From an uncultured Candidatus Cloacimonadota bacterium (GTDB lineage: Bacteria > Cloacimonadota > Cloacimonadia > Cloacimonadales > TCS61), in contig CAYSSJ010000003.1 of assembly GCA_964433675.1 (NCBI GenBank), positions 38,046 through 102,045 of the forward strand: DNA of 64,000 bases, given 5' to 3'. The position numbers and the translations under genes were made by a program. This document shows positions 8,944 to 18,914 of this stretch, in pieces (the stretch's first letter is position 1; each line of letters starts with the position of its first letter). The notes under the pieces are model-generated. The model saw nothing but the letters and a program-made list of their open reading frames with translations. It made no database searches and had not been told where the DNA came from.

Positions 8944-11900
8944 TTGAAGATGCACTGTTTGCTTAGTAATACTTTTAGAAAGTTATCACTCTCATTGCTA
9001 TTTATACTTTTGGCATCTATGCTATGGGCTCATCATGACGATAGCGTCTATAGATTTGCCGGTGACAATAATTATCCCCCCTTTGAATTTATCGATGAAA
9101 ATGGAGAAATTAGCGGCTTTAATATAGATATTATCAGAGCCGTTGCCTCAAAGGTGGATCTGGATATCGAGATCGAGTTGATGGTATGGAATCAGGCAAT
9201 GGAACAATTGGAAGCAGAACAAGTCGATGCTATTACCGGCATGTTCTATTCGGAGGAAAGGGCAGATAACTTTCTGTTCTCCATACCATTTATTAATGTT
9301 AGCCATACTATAGTTACCAGAACTGACCAAGATATCAAATCTATTCAGGACATTGAAGATAAAGAGATTATAGTTCAAAAAGCGGATATCATGCATGATT
9401 ATGTCTTGGAGGAAGGTATTTCCAATCGGCTCATCTTAACTGCCGATCCGGATCAGGCATTGAATATGCTTTCCGATGGGGTAGGTTATTGTGCTTTGGT
9501 TGGTTTTTATCAGGCAAAATATCTGATTGAAAAATATAATCTAAAAAACCTAAAAACTATCGGTAGGCAATTTCATCCCTACAAATACTCTGTCGCAACT
9601 ACAAAAGCGAATGAAAATTTACTGTTTCTTATCAATGAAGGGCTCTCGATCCTAAAAGAGACTGGTGCGTATAATGAAATTCATGAGAAATGGTTGGGAC
9701 GATATGAACGAATAATTTCACCCCAATGGTATAGAACACTTAACATCGGTTTGATAGTTTTCGGATCGTTTCTGCTAATATTTCTTATATGGCTGATTAC
9801 CCTCAGAATACAGGTTAGAGAAAAGACTAAACAATTACATGATAATAATGAGCTATTGAGTGTGACTTTAAATAGTATTGGTGATGCAGTTATTACCACA
9901 GATACTTCCGGTTTTATCACCGGAATGAATCCGGTTGCTGAAAGATTGACCGGCTGGAGAGGAAAGAGAGTAATAGGCAGATCACTTACAGATGTATTTG
10001 TAGTTGTAAATTCCCAAACCGGCGATCCAATACCTGATTTGGTTCATAGCGTTATAGATTCGGGTAAAATAGTTGGATTGGCAAATCATACAACTCTGAT
10101 CTCCAAATCCGGTAAAAAAAATTACATATCAGATAGTGCTGCCCCTATCCGTAAGAAGAATGGCGCTGTTGTCGGTGTCGTTTTGGTTTTCCGAGATATG
10201 ACAGATAAATACCAACAACAGGAAAAACTAAAGAACAATGAAGAACACCTCAGGCGAGCACAAAGTGCCGGCAAGATAGGAAGTTGGGAATATGATATAA
10301 AAACGAAAAAGATCTGGGCTTCTCCCCAAACATACAAAATTTTTGGCATAGAATATTCAGATGGATTAGTGCCTTCCAGCACGACTAAGAAGCTTATTCA
10401 TAAAAAGGATTATCCTAAAACTATAATAGCACTCAAAAAGCTTTATCGAGATAATAAGTGTGATTTGGAATATCGGATTGTTAACAATAAGTCGAACAAA
10501 CTAATGTGGATAAATGCAAAAGCGGATTTAAAACGGGATGATCAAGGCAATCCATCCAAAATTGTTGGAATTGTCCAAGATATAACTGATAGAAAGAATA
10601 TGGAAGAAGAACTTATCCTGAATGAAAAGAAATATAAAGATCTCTTTGATAATGCACCGATTGGAATTTACAAAACCACACCGGAAGGTGAGATCTTGGA
10701 ATCTAATAAAACTCTTATAAAAATATTGGGTTATGATTCTTTCTCTGAGTTATCACAAAGAGATCTGGAGGAAGAAGGTTTTAACAGCGACGAGAATAGA
10801 GTTGATTTCAAACAGGAGATAGAAAAACACGGATTTGTTGATAACTATGAAACTGTATGGATAAAAAAAGATGGTAATCCGATTAATGTGAGAGAATTTG
10901 CCCATGCGATCAGAGATGAAAATGGGAGAATAGTTGCTTACGAAGGAACTGTGGAAGATATTACCGAAAGAAAAAAAGCCAGACAAAAGTTGATCGAAAG
11001 TGAAGAAAAATTCAGGACTTTGGTAAATGCTATAGATGATATTATTTTTACAGTAAATAGAGAAAAAAATATCACCGGAGTATTCGGTAATTGGTTGGAA
11101 ATATATGGGATCGAGAAAGAATCTATTTTGGATAGAAGCATTTATGATGTATTTGATATTAAATCTGCAAAAATCCATAATGAAAAAATAACCCAAACTC
11201 TACAGGGGAAAACTGTCTTATATGAATGGACTTTTAAAAAAGCTTACGGTGAATATGTTATTTACAATATGACATCTCCCCTTCATAATGCCGATAACCA
11301 GATATATGGTGCTGTTAGTGTCGGTCGTGACATCACCGAAATGAAGCAGACAGAAGGAAAGTTGCGCAATACATTGTTAGAAAAAGAAGTGTTGCTAAAA
11401 GAAGTGCATCACCGTGTTAAGAATAACCTGCAAATTATATCGAGTTTATTAAATTTACAAAGAGAAAAGATCAGCAATAGTTCGGTAGCCGAGATGTTTT
11501 TACCTGCGATAAACAGAGTTAGAACAATGGCGCTTGTTCACGAAAAACTATATCAATCGGAAGACTTTTCCGATATCGATTTCAGCCAATACGTTACCCG
11601 ATTGGCAAATGTATTGGTGAGAAGCTATGGTATCCAAGAGAATGTTTCTTTAGATATCGATATTGATAATGTCTCTTTCCCAATAGATATAGCCATCCCC
11701 TGTGGTCTGTTAATCAATGAATTATTATCTAACTCGCTGAAATATGCATTTCCGAACGGTAGAGACGGGATTATACATATTAGATTGGAACAGCTAAACC
11801 GAGACGAATTTATGCTGAATGTCGGTGATAATGGTATAGGTCTGAGTGATGATTATGATCTAGAAAATGCCGATTCTCTCGGGTTGAGACTGGTCAATAT

Positions 11901-11997
11901 GCTAACCGAACAATTGAAAGGGCAGTTGACGGTTGAGAGAGAAAACGGGGTGGATTTTTATATTCATCTCAAAAGTATTCGGCAGAGTACAACATAG
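8944..11997 (+). CDS. Sensor histidine kinase: periplasmic amino-acid-binding (SBP family 3) domain, TM helix, four PAS/PAC, HisKA_2 + HATPase
   Basis: DNNYPPFEF..GFNIDI SBP motif; TM at ~residues 265-287; PAS/PAC units ending VFRDMT, VQDIT, VEDIT, GRDIT; EVHHRVKNNLQIISSLL H-box; ELLSNSLKYAF, DNGIG, SLGLRLV. Confidence 0.92.
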   Translation: MKMHCLLSNTFRKLSLSLLFILLASMLWAHHDDSVYRFAGDNNYPPFEFIDENGEISGFNIDIIRAVASKVDLDIEIELMVWNQAMEQLEAEQVDAITGMFYSEERADNFLFSIPFINVSHTIVTRTDQDIKSIQDIEDKEIIVQKADIMHDYVLEEGISNRLILTADPDQALNMLSDGVGYCALVGFYQAKYLIEKYNLKNLKTIGRQFHPYKYSVATTKANENLLFLINEGLSILKETGAYNEIHEKWLGRYERIISPQWYRTLNIGLIVFGSFLLIFLIWLITLRIQVREKTKQLHDNNELLSVTLNSIGDAVITTDTSGFITGMNPVAERLTGWRGKRVIGRSLTDVFVVVNSQTGDPIPDLVHSVIDSGKIVGLANHTTLISKSGKKNYISDSAAPIRKKNGAVVGVVLVFRDMTDKYQQQEKLKNNEEHLRRAQSAGKIGSWEYDIKTKKIWASPQTYKIFGIEYSDGLVPSSTTKKLIHKKDYPKTIIALKKLYRDNKCDLEYRIVNNKSNKLMWINAKADLKRDDQGNPSKIVGIVQDITDRKNMEEELILNEKKYKDLFDNAPIGIYKTTPEGEILESNKTLIKILGYDSFSELSQRDLEEEGFNSDENRVDFKQEIEKHGFVDNYETVWIKKDGNPINVREFAHAIRDENGRIVAYEGTVEDITERKKARQKLIESEEKFRTLVNAIDDIIFTVNREKNITGVFGNWLEIYGIEKESILDRSIYDVFDIKSAKIHNEKITQTLQGKTVLYEWTFKKAYGEYVIYNMTSPLHNADNQIYGAVSVGRDITEMKQTEGKLRNTLLEKEVLLKEVHHRVKNNLQIISSLLNLQREKISNSSVAEMFLPAINRVRTMALVHEKLYQSEDFSDIDFSQYVTRLANVLVRSYGIQENVSLDIDIDNVSFPIDIAIPCGLLINELLSNSLKYAFPNGRDGIIHIRLEQLNRDEFMLNVGDNGIGLSDDYDLENADSLGLRLVNMLTEQLKGQLTVERENGVDFYIHLKSIRQSTT

Positions 11998-12006
11998 GAG
12001 GAGAAG

Positions 12007-13053
12007 ATGGGAGAAAATGAAGTTGTTGCAAACATCTTGAATAAGCAGATAGATGATATTGCTCGGGAGGTAGTAGAAAAGATCTATTCAGAGCAGAGTA
12101 AACTGGTCAAAAATTATGATGAGGTCAAAAAGGGAAAGTCTATCCGTGATGTCCGTTACCATCTTATGTTTCTATCCGATGCTATTTTGGTAAACTCGAC
12201 TCTTTTGTTTGAGAAATACATCGGCTGGGCAAGAGATATAATGGAAAATATCGGCATTTCTGCACCGACATTTTCTCATCAGCTCACAATAATCAATAAT
12301 ATCATTTATGAATATCTAAACAAAGATCATCATCCTGTGGTTAAAAAGTATTTCGATGTTGCTATCGAAGAGCTTTCCAAATCTAAACCTAAATATGCAT
12401 CTTTTATTACAAAATCAAATAAATATCATGAATTGGCAAAAGAATACTTGATCCTAATACTAAACAGTAAAAGAAATGAAGCATTGAAGTTAATAATGAA
12501 AGCTGCTGAAGATGTCCCTATCAAAGATATCTACCTATCAGTTTTCCAACCGGTACAAAGAGAAATCGGCAGATTGTGGCAGAAGAATAAAATATCCGTA
12601 GCACAGGAACACTATTCCACAGCTGTTACACAGTTTATTATGGCAAACTTGTACCCTTATATTTTTAATGGGGATAACAAGGAGAACAAATTTGCCGGCT
12701 TATCTGTCAGTTCGGAATTGCATGAGGTGGGCATACGTATGGTGACAGATATTTTCGAGCTGGAGGGATGGGATACCTATTATTTGGGAGCAAATACCCC
12801 CACCGATAGTATTATCGATATGATCATATCCAATGATATAGATGTAGTCGGTGTCTCTGCTACTATGAGTTACCATGTATCAAAAGTCAGAGATTTGATC
12901 GCTAGGATAAAGCAAGCGACTGAGAATAAAACAAGAGTTTTAGTTGGTGGTTATCCATTTCTTCAGGATGACCAACTGAGCAGAACAATCGGTGCTGATG
13001 GTTTTGCTACTGATGCAACAAAAGCAGTAAAAATAGCAGAAGAATTAGTTTGA
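12007..13053 (+). CDS. Cobalamin-binding protein with N-terminal globin/phycobiliprotein-like domain (CarH-type B12 module, photocobilin-like)
   Basis: W191-x9-E201-H202 (WQKNKISVAQEH); E237-x-H239-x-x-G242; YLGANTP, VGVSAT, LVGG, GADG Rossmann motifs; N-terminal helical domain with KSIRDVRYHL. Confidence 0.85.
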   Translation: MGENEVVANILNKQIDDIAREVVEKIYSEQSKLVKNYDEVKKGKSIRDVRYHLMFLSDAILVNSTLLFEKYIGWARDIMENIGISAPTFSHQLTIINNIIYEYLNKDHHPVVKKYFDVAIEELSKSKPKYASFITKSNKYHELAKEYLILILNSKRNEALKLIMKAAEDVPIKDIYLSVFQPVQREIGRLWQKNKISVAQEHYSTAVTQFIMANLYPYIFNGDNKENKFAGLSVSSELHEVGIRMVTDIFELEGWDTYYLGANTPTDSIIDMIISNDIDVVGVSATMSYHVSKVRDLIARIKQATENKTRVLVGGYPFLQDDQLSRTIGADGFATDATKAVKIAEELV

Positions 13054-13066
13054 GGATAGAGAATAT

Positions 13067-14194
13067 ATGACTGATAAAAAAGAAATTACAGAAAATGTGA
13101 TTACAATAATCTGTGATGCTCAAGGAGTGATCGAGAAAATATCTTCCTCCGATAACTGTACAATAGGTGATGAGCACATCGGTAAAATGCTCTGCTCTAT
13201 AGTAGATACAAACTCAGTTCAAAAATGCCTCGATTTTTTAACTCATCTCAAAGAAGATAAAAGCTTATTCAATTGGGAGATGAGCCTTAAATGTAATCAA
13301 CAGGGCACCGTCTATAATATCTCCGGAGCTTTTATAGAAGATAAATTGCTGATTTTTGCTGCTGAATATCCTCATGATATTACACGTTTTTGGAAACAGA
13401 TGATGACGCTGCAAAATGATTATCTCACCATGGTGCGCAAAATCTTGAAGGAGAAAAATAGTACAAGCTCTGAAGAGCATTTACTAAACGATTATACTAA
13501 ACTCAATAATGAATTGGTAAAAACGCAAAGAGAGCTGATGAAGAAAAATGTGATTCTAAATAAACAGGATGAGCATATTAAGTTAATGAATCAGATCCTT
13601 AGACATGACCTTGCCAACCAGTACTCGGTTATTATTAGTGCTGTTAATCTTTTTAGAGAAGAGAAAGATGATTCATTGCTCAGTGAGATAAAGAACAAAG
13701 CATATGCAGGTATAGAATTGATACGAAAGATGAAAAATCTGGATAAGTTCTTTCCGGACAAGCGATCTTTACATAAAGTCTCGGTAAAGAAAGTGCTGGA
13801 AGACATCAAATCTGATCATGGAGATATCGAGTTAAATATATCCGGTGAAGGACAGATATTTGCGGATGATAGTATATACTCACTGATAAACAATATTGTA
13901 GAAAACGCCAAAGTACATGGTGGTGCTACTGAAATATCGGTAGATATCATCAAGGGAAATGAAAACATAATAGTCGAGTTATTCAATAACGGTAAACAGA
14001 TACCTGAATCTATTATTGATAAGGTATTTGACCAAAGGTTTTCCTACGGAGAGAAGGGCAATACAGGTTTAGGACTTTTCATTGCCAAGCAGATGATGGA
14101 ATTTTACAGTGGTTCCATCAGCTTGAAAAATGAAGAGGAAAGGGGAGTAACATTTATTCTAAAATTTCCCAAAAAAAAGGAGCCTCTGCAATAG
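13067..14194 (+). CDS. Cytoplasmic histidine kinase (PAS-like N-terminus, coiled coil, HisKA, HATPase)
   Basis: ILRHDLAN H-box; NIVENAKVHG N-box; FNNG; KVFD; GNTGLGLF G2-box; no TM helix. Confidence 0.88.
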   Translation: MTDKKEITENVITIICDAQGVIEKISSSDNCTIGDEHIGKMLCSIVDTNSVQKCLDFLTHLKEDKSLFNWEMSLKCNQQGTVYNISGAFIEDKLLIFAAEYPHDITRFWKQMMTLQNDYLTMVRKILKEKNSTSSEEHLLNDYTKLNNELVKTQRELMKKNVILNKQDEHIKLMNQILRHDLANQYSVIISAVNLFREEKDDSLLSEIKNKAYAGIELIRKMKNLDKFFPDKRSLHKVSVKKVLEDIKSDHGDIELNISGEGQIFADDSIYSLINNIVENAKVHGGATEISVDIIKGNENIIVELFNNGKQIPESIIDKVFDQRFSYGEKGNTGLGLFIAKQMMEFYSGSISLKNEEERGVTFILKFPKKKEPLQ

Positions 14195-14202
14195 AAGCTC
14201 CT
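14171..14202 (-). terminator. Intrinsic terminator after rplS (may also serve the convergent kinase gene)
   Basis: Minus strand reads AGGAGCUUCU-AUUGC-AGAGGCUCCU (10-bp stem with one G-U) followed by a U run. Confidence 0.8.
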
Positions 14203-14213
14203 ATGTATCATCT

Positions 14214-14561
14214 TTAATATCTCTTTTTCTCTTTCACTCTGGCAGCCTTACCTTTAGCACTGCGGAGGTAGAAAAGCTTCGCTCTTCGAACTCGTCCGTA
14301 GCGTACTACCTCGACTTTGTCGATATTTGGTGAGTGTAGTGGGAAGATTCTTTCCACTCCAACTCCGTTACTGATCTTCCTGACTGTGAATGTTTGTGAT
14401 AACTGCATCCCTCTTCTTTGGATTACGATCCCTTGAAATATCTGGATACGTTCTTTTTCACCTTCTTTGATCTTATAATATACTTTGATTGTATCGCCGA
14501 CACGAAATTCCGGCAGATCAGTTCTTAATTGTTCTTTACCAATTTCTTGTACAATATCCAT
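14214..14561 (-). CDS. rplS: 50S ribosomal protein L19
   Basis: [44 protein letters not shown]. Start ATG 14561 after AGGAGG (ORF track 14603). Confidence 0.98.
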   Translation of the reverse strand: MDIVQEIGKEQLRTDLPEFRVGDTIKVYYKIKEGEKERIQIFQGIVIQRRGMQLSQTFTVRKISNGVGVERIFPLHSPNIDKVEVVRYGRVRRAKLFYLRSAKGKAARVKEKKRY

Positions 14562-14571
14562 GTTTCCTCCT

Positions 14572-15123
14572 TTATTTTTCGGAAGTAATTCGATCCAAGA
14601 CAATAGCTACTGCACTTCTCACAGATAGATGATTATATCCAGAGATCCCTTGGATGGGCTCTAAGGTAAAATCAGCATATTCATGAACAGCTTTTGTTAA
14701 ACCGTTTCCAGTCCCAAATAAGAATAGAATCGGTCTATTTATTCTCTTGCACTCTCCGAAGCTTATCGCTCCCTTGTATTTAGTAGCTGTCGTCGATATT
14801 AATACAGGACGAATTCCTTCCTGATTCTCTATCTCTTTTACCGTTTCGTCTATACTGTCTTTTGCTGATATCATTGCCAGAGCTATGGCTCTGTCCGGGT
14901 TGTATTTCTGAGCAATCTCACTATCCCAAAACCTCAAAATCCTGTCCAAAAACTCCCGTTGGCTCTCCAAATTGGTGACGATGTAAAATTGTGGCACATC
15001 AAAAGTCTTGCAAGTTCGGGATATGTCGTGTATGTCCAAATTAGTGATCGAAGTAGTTACCACTTCGTAATGTTTATTGTAAACAGGATGATGAACTAAT
15101 GCTACATAGACTCTATTTTTCAT
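14572..15123 (-). CDS. SPOUT-class SAM-dependent RNA methyltransferase (trmD-associated family)
   Basis: [44 protein letters not shown]; lies between trmD and rplS. Confidence 0.85.
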   Translation of the reverse strand: MKNRVYVALVHHPVYNKHYEVVTTSITNLDIHDISRTCKTFDVPQFYIVTNLESQREFLDRILRFWDSEIAQKYNPDRAIALAMISAKDSIDETVKEIENQEGIRPVLISTTATKYKGAISFGECKRINRPILFLFGTGNGLTKAVHEYADFTLEPIQGISGYNHLSVRSAVAIVLDRITSEK

Positions 15124-15793
15124 TTTTCAACAGATCCGGTCTTACCTGCTTGGTTAGCTCCAAGGATTTTTCCCGGCGCCACTTTCTAATTTCTTCATGA
15201 TTGCCGGAGAGTAACACTTCCGGAACTTCCAATCCTTTGAACTCAGCAGGTCTGGTATAATATGGGCAGCCTAGCAAACCATCTGCATGTGAATCTGTGT
15301 TGGCAGACTCTATATCACTCAACACACCGTCTTGCAGGCGTGTGAGAGCATCCATGAAAACCATCGCCGGCAACTCTCCACCGGAGAGTACATAATCGCC
15401 TATAGATATCTCATCGTTAACCAAAGTATCGCGGATGCGCTGATCTATCTCCTTGTAATGACCGCAAAGTAGAACAACATGCTCGCTGCTACGGTATTCT
15501 TCGATGATACTCTGCTTCAGCAAACGTCCTTGCGGCGTAAAATAGATCACCGGGATATCCGGAGGTTTTCTCACATGCTCAATAGTATCATACAAAGGTT
15601 CGGGTTTGAGTACCATTCCCGCACCTCCACCGTAAGGATAGTCATCCACCTGACGATGCTTATCAGTGGCGAAACCACGAATATCTGTAAGTCTAACATC
15701 AATCGCTTTTTTCTCTCTGGCAATTTTGATGATACTTGTATCGAGAAAATTCTGGAAGAGTTCGGGAAACAAAGTCAAGACTTCGAATTTCAT
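15113..15793 (-). CDS. trmD: tRNA (guanine-N1)-methyltransferase
   Basis: LTLFPE, VDDYPYGGGAGM, SIGDYVLSGGE, YTRP, VPEVLLSGNH. Confidence 0.98.
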   Translation of the reverse strand: MKFEVLTLFPELFQNFLDTSIIKIAREKKAIDVRLTDIRGFATDKHRQVDDYPYGGGAGMVLKPEPLYDTIEHVRKPPDIPVIYFTPQGRLLKQSIIEEYRSSEHVVLLCGHYKEIDQRIRDTLVNDEISIGDYVLSGGELPAMVFMDALTRLQDGVLSDIESANTDSHADGLLGCPYYTRPAEFKGLEVPEVLLSGNHEEIRKWRREKSLELTKQVRPDLLKNEK

Positions 15794-16293
15794 AATTCTT
15801 TCAACTCCCCGATATTATGCACATACAGTACATTATCATCCCGGTTTTCTGCCAAAACAAAATACCCTACGTTGGGGATCATAAATTCATGTCCCTCGGT
15901 ATCTTTCACGAGGAAGACAAGATATTGGGTGTTATCGAGAAGGTCAATAACTTCACCGACAATCTCGTCACCGACAATCACTCGCATCCCGATATAAGAA
16001 TGCGGATTAGTAGCTTTGATAAAGTTGGATTCTACAGCAAGCTGAACTTTGCTTGCTGTAGAGATATCCACTCTATCATCCTGATCTGCAAATTTTATCC
16101 TCAGTTTACCTTCTGTCTGCTTGATATCAGCTATTTTCACATATCTCACACTATAATCTTTAAAGAGCAAGAAGACGAAATCCAATTCTGTTAGATCTTC
16201 GTCAAAAGCGTTATATTTCTTTACCTCAATATAACCATTTTCATCGATATTTTTTCCCAGCTTTGCGACCGGAATAAGGTCTTCGTATCGCAT
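15790..16293 (-). CDS. rimM: 16S rRNA processing protein RimM (divergent)
   Basis: Conserved position between khpA and trmD; C-terminal PRC-barrel pattern IGMRV..GEV..LL....YLV..FMIP. Confidence 0.8.
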   Translation of the reverse strand: MRYEDLIPVAKLGKNIDENGYIEVKKYNAFDEDLTELDFVFLLFKDYSVRYVKIADIKQTEGKLRIKFADQDDRVDISTASKVQLAVESNFIKATNPHSYIGMRVIVGDEIVGEVIDLLDNTQYLVFLVKDTEGHEFMIPNVGYFVLAENRDDNVLYVHNIGELKEL

Positions 16294-16524
16294 CTATTCG
16301 AGAATTTCGAGTACACAGCGCTTTCCATCTCTGGATGCAACAGAATTGATCAAAGTCCTCAGCGCGCTTGCTGTTCTTCCGCGTTTGCCGATGATTTTAC
16401 CCAAATCTTCCTTGGAAGCGCGCAGTTCATAAATTGTAACTCGATCGCCGGCAACTTCTTTGATTTCAACTGAATCCGGATTGTCTACTAGAGCTTTGAC
16501 AATATATTCGAGTAATTCTTTCAT
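16294..16524 (-). CDS. khpA: KH-domain RNA-binding protein
   Basis: LVDNPD.V, DLGKIIGKRGRTA; follows rpsP. Confidence 0.92.
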   Translation of the reverse strand: MKELLEYIVKALVDNPDSVEIKEVAGDRVTIYELRASKEDLGKIIGKRGRTASALRTLINSVASRDGKRCVLEILE

Positions 16525-16536
16525 AATTCCACTCCT

Positions 16537-16869
16537 TTATTCAGTTTTTTCTTCTTCTTCTACTTCTTTCACTTCCTCTTTCTCTTCTTCTACTTTTTCT
16601 TCTACTTTATTTCTAATATAATGCCATTTTTCTATGATGCCAGCTTTTTTGAACAAAGAGCGTACTGTTTGGGATGGCTGTGCGCCCACTTTTAACCATT
16701 TGATAGCTTTATCTGTATCTATTTTTAAAGTAAACGGTTCTGTCTTGGGATCATAATAACCCAATGACTCAATATACTTACCATCTCTTTTCTTGCGAGA
16801 ATCCAGAACAACGATCCGATAAAACGGTTTATCTATTGTCCCCATTCTCCTTAATCTCATTGTTACCAT
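16537..16869 (-). CDS. rpsP: 30S ribosomal protein S16
   Basis: [34 protein letters not shown]; acidic tail. Confidence 0.98.
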   Translation of the reverse strand: MVTMRLRRMGTIDKPFYRIVVLDSRKKRDGKYIESLGYYDPKTEPFTLKIDTDKAIKWLKVGAQPSQTVRSLFKKAGIIEKWHYIRNKVEEKVEEEKEEVKEVEEEEKTE

Positions 16870-16947
16870 TAAAACTCCTTATATTTTATCTTTTTTATAC
16901 AACCAAGTACGTTTTTCTAATTTCATGTTTGTAGTCAAGGTTAATTT

Positions 16948-18273
16948 TTAAAAGGGTAATAGACCACTTTTCATGAAATTAGAAGAATTAAATTTCTTCA
17001 TCATTTTCTTCATCTGTTCAAATTGCTTCAATAATCGGTTCACTTCCTGAACTGATGTGCCACTTCCTTTGGCAATCCGGTAACGACGACTTCCGTTAAT
17101 CAAACCGGGATTTTCCCTCTCTCCGGGTGTCATAGAATAAATTATCGCTTCGATATGTTTCAGATCTTTCTCATCTACTGATAGACCTTTCATAGCTTTT
17201 TGATTGGCACCAGGGATCATACCCATGAGCTGATCCAAAGGACCCATATTTTGAATCTGTTGGAGTTGATCGAGAAAATCGGTGAAAGTAAACTGATTTT
17301 TCTTCAGCTTCTTTGCCATCTTCTCGGCTTTTTCAGCATCCATGGAAGCTTCGGCTTTTTCGATGAAGCTCATCATATCGCCCATACCGAGGATTCGATC
17401 TGCCATGCGAGTAGGATGGAACTCTTCGATATCGGATATCTTCTCGCCGGTACCGATATACATGATCGGTTTGCCGGTTACTGCTTTGATAGATAAAGCT
17501 GCACCACCACGAGCATCACTGTCCATCTTGGTAAGAATAACGCCGCTCACATCAAGTCTGCTATCAAACTCTTTGGCTACCGATACGGCATCCTGACCGG
17601 TCATCGAATCGGCAACGAATAAGATATAGTCCGGCTTGATCGTTTTCTTAAGATCGCTCAGCTCTTTCATCAGATTCTCGTCTATATGCAATCTGCCGGC
17701 TGTATCGAAGATGAGCAGATTATCAGAAGTTTTCGCTGAGTTTTTCAACACTTTCTGAGCGGTTTTGACTACATTTTTGGATTTTAGATCGGAATAGACT
17801 GGGATATCCAGCTGTTTACCAAGAAATTCCAACTGCTCGACCGCTGCCGGTCTATAAATATCGCAGGCGACCAGCGCCGGAGCGAGGGAGAATTTCTTAC
17901 GCATCAATTGTGCTAGCTTGGCTGTGGTAGTGGTTTTACCTGATCCTTGCAGTCCGACTAACATAATCTTGTTGATCTTATTGCTATGAAGTTTTAGTTG
18001 GAAAGAATCTTTCCCCATCAATTTGGCAAGATGCTCATGAACTATCTTCACCACCTGATGACCGGGTGTAAGACTCTTCATTACCTCCTGACCGAGAGCA
18101 TCGGCAGTGGTCTCATCAATAAAAGATTTAACGATCTTGAAATTTACATCAGCTTCCAACAATGCTCGTCTTACTTCGCGCATTGCATCTTTGATATTGG
18201 ATTCGGTTAGTTTACCGCGACCTTTTAACTTTTTGAATATTGTCTCAAACTTGTCTGACAATGAATTGAACAT
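16948..18273 (-). CDS. ffh: Signal recognition particle protein
   Basis: ALLEADV, GLQGSGKTT, DTAGR, TKMD, RILGMGD; Met-rich M domain. Confidence 0.98.
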   Translation of the reverse strand: MFNSLSDKFETIFKKLKGRGKLTESNIKDAMREVRRALLEADVNFKIVKSFIDETTADALGQEVMKSLTPGHQVVKIVHEHLAKLMGKDSFQLKLHSNKINKIMLVGLQGSGKTTTTAKLAQLMRKKFSLAPALVACDIYRPAAVEQLEFLGKQLDIPVYSDLKSKNVVKTAQKVLKNSAKTSDNLLIFDTAGRLHIDENLMKELSDLKKTIKPDYILFVADSMTGQDAVSVAKEFDSRLDVSGVILTKMDSDARGGAALSIKAVTGKPIMYIGTGEKISDIEEFHPTRMADRILGMGDMMSFIEKAEASMDAEKAEKMAKKLKKNQFTFTDFLDQLQQIQNMGPLDQLMGMIPGANQKAMKGLSVDEKDLKHIEAIIYSMTPGERENPGLINGSRRYRIAKGSGTSVQEVNRLLKQFEQMKKMMKKFNSSNFMKSGLLPF

Positions 18274-18914
18274 TAGCGTAAACTCCTGATCTTAGCAGCA
18301 TAATCATCACTTCCAAAAATGTACGATCCGGCTACCAGAATATTAGCGCCGAGTTTTACCAGTTCTTTGGCATTTATATCTGAAACTCCACCATCCACCT
18401 GGATCTCGAGTTTATGATCGATCTTATCTGTGTATTCTTTCAGAGTGCGGATCTTATCATATACTAATGGTAAAAAATTCTGTCCACCAAAGCCCGGATT
18501 TACACTCATCAACAAGACAAAATCCAGTTCGGCTACGATAGGGAAGAGGTGTTGTACCGGTGTGCCCGGATTCAGAGCAATTCCTGCCTTTATTCTGTTC
18601 TCTTTCAAAACACTGATCATACGATGAATATGTACTACGGCTTCTTGATGAAAAGAAACATACTCTACCCCAAATTCTGCCATGCTGGAGAAATAATCCC
18701 CCGGATTTGTTACCATGAAATGTACATCGAGTGGGATGGAACTGATCTTCGAGATTTGCTCGATTATCGGCAGACCGAAAGTAAGATTGGGCACGAAATG
18801 CCCGTCCATCACATCGAGATGCAATATGTCTGCTCCGGCTGTTTCGATGGCACGAATCTCATCGTACAGACGAGTAAAATCGGCAGACAAAAGTGAAGGT
18901 GCTATTTTGATCAT
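18273..18914 (-). CDS. rpe: Ribulose-phosphate 3-epimerase
   Basis: MIKIAPSLLSADF, HLDVMDGHFVPN, MSVNPGFGGQ, VDGG, VAGS. Start moved to ATG 18914 (ORF track 19055). Confidence 0.97.
   Translation of the reverse strand: MIKIAPSLLSADFTRLYDEIRAIETAGADILHLDVMDGHFVPNLTFGLPIIEQISKISSIPLDVHFMVTNPGDYFSSMAEFGVEYVSFHQEAVVHIHRMISVLKENRIKAGIALNPGTPVQHLFPIVAELDFVLLMSVNPGFGGQNFLPLVYDKIRTLKEYTDKIDHKLEIQVDGGVSDINAKELVKLGANILVAGSYIFGSDDYAAKIRSLR

Noticed and set aside
8920..8944. tmRNA (ssrA) next to smpB
   Set aside because: The gap is only 23 bp, with no GGGG..GGTTCGA-type tRNA-like ends.
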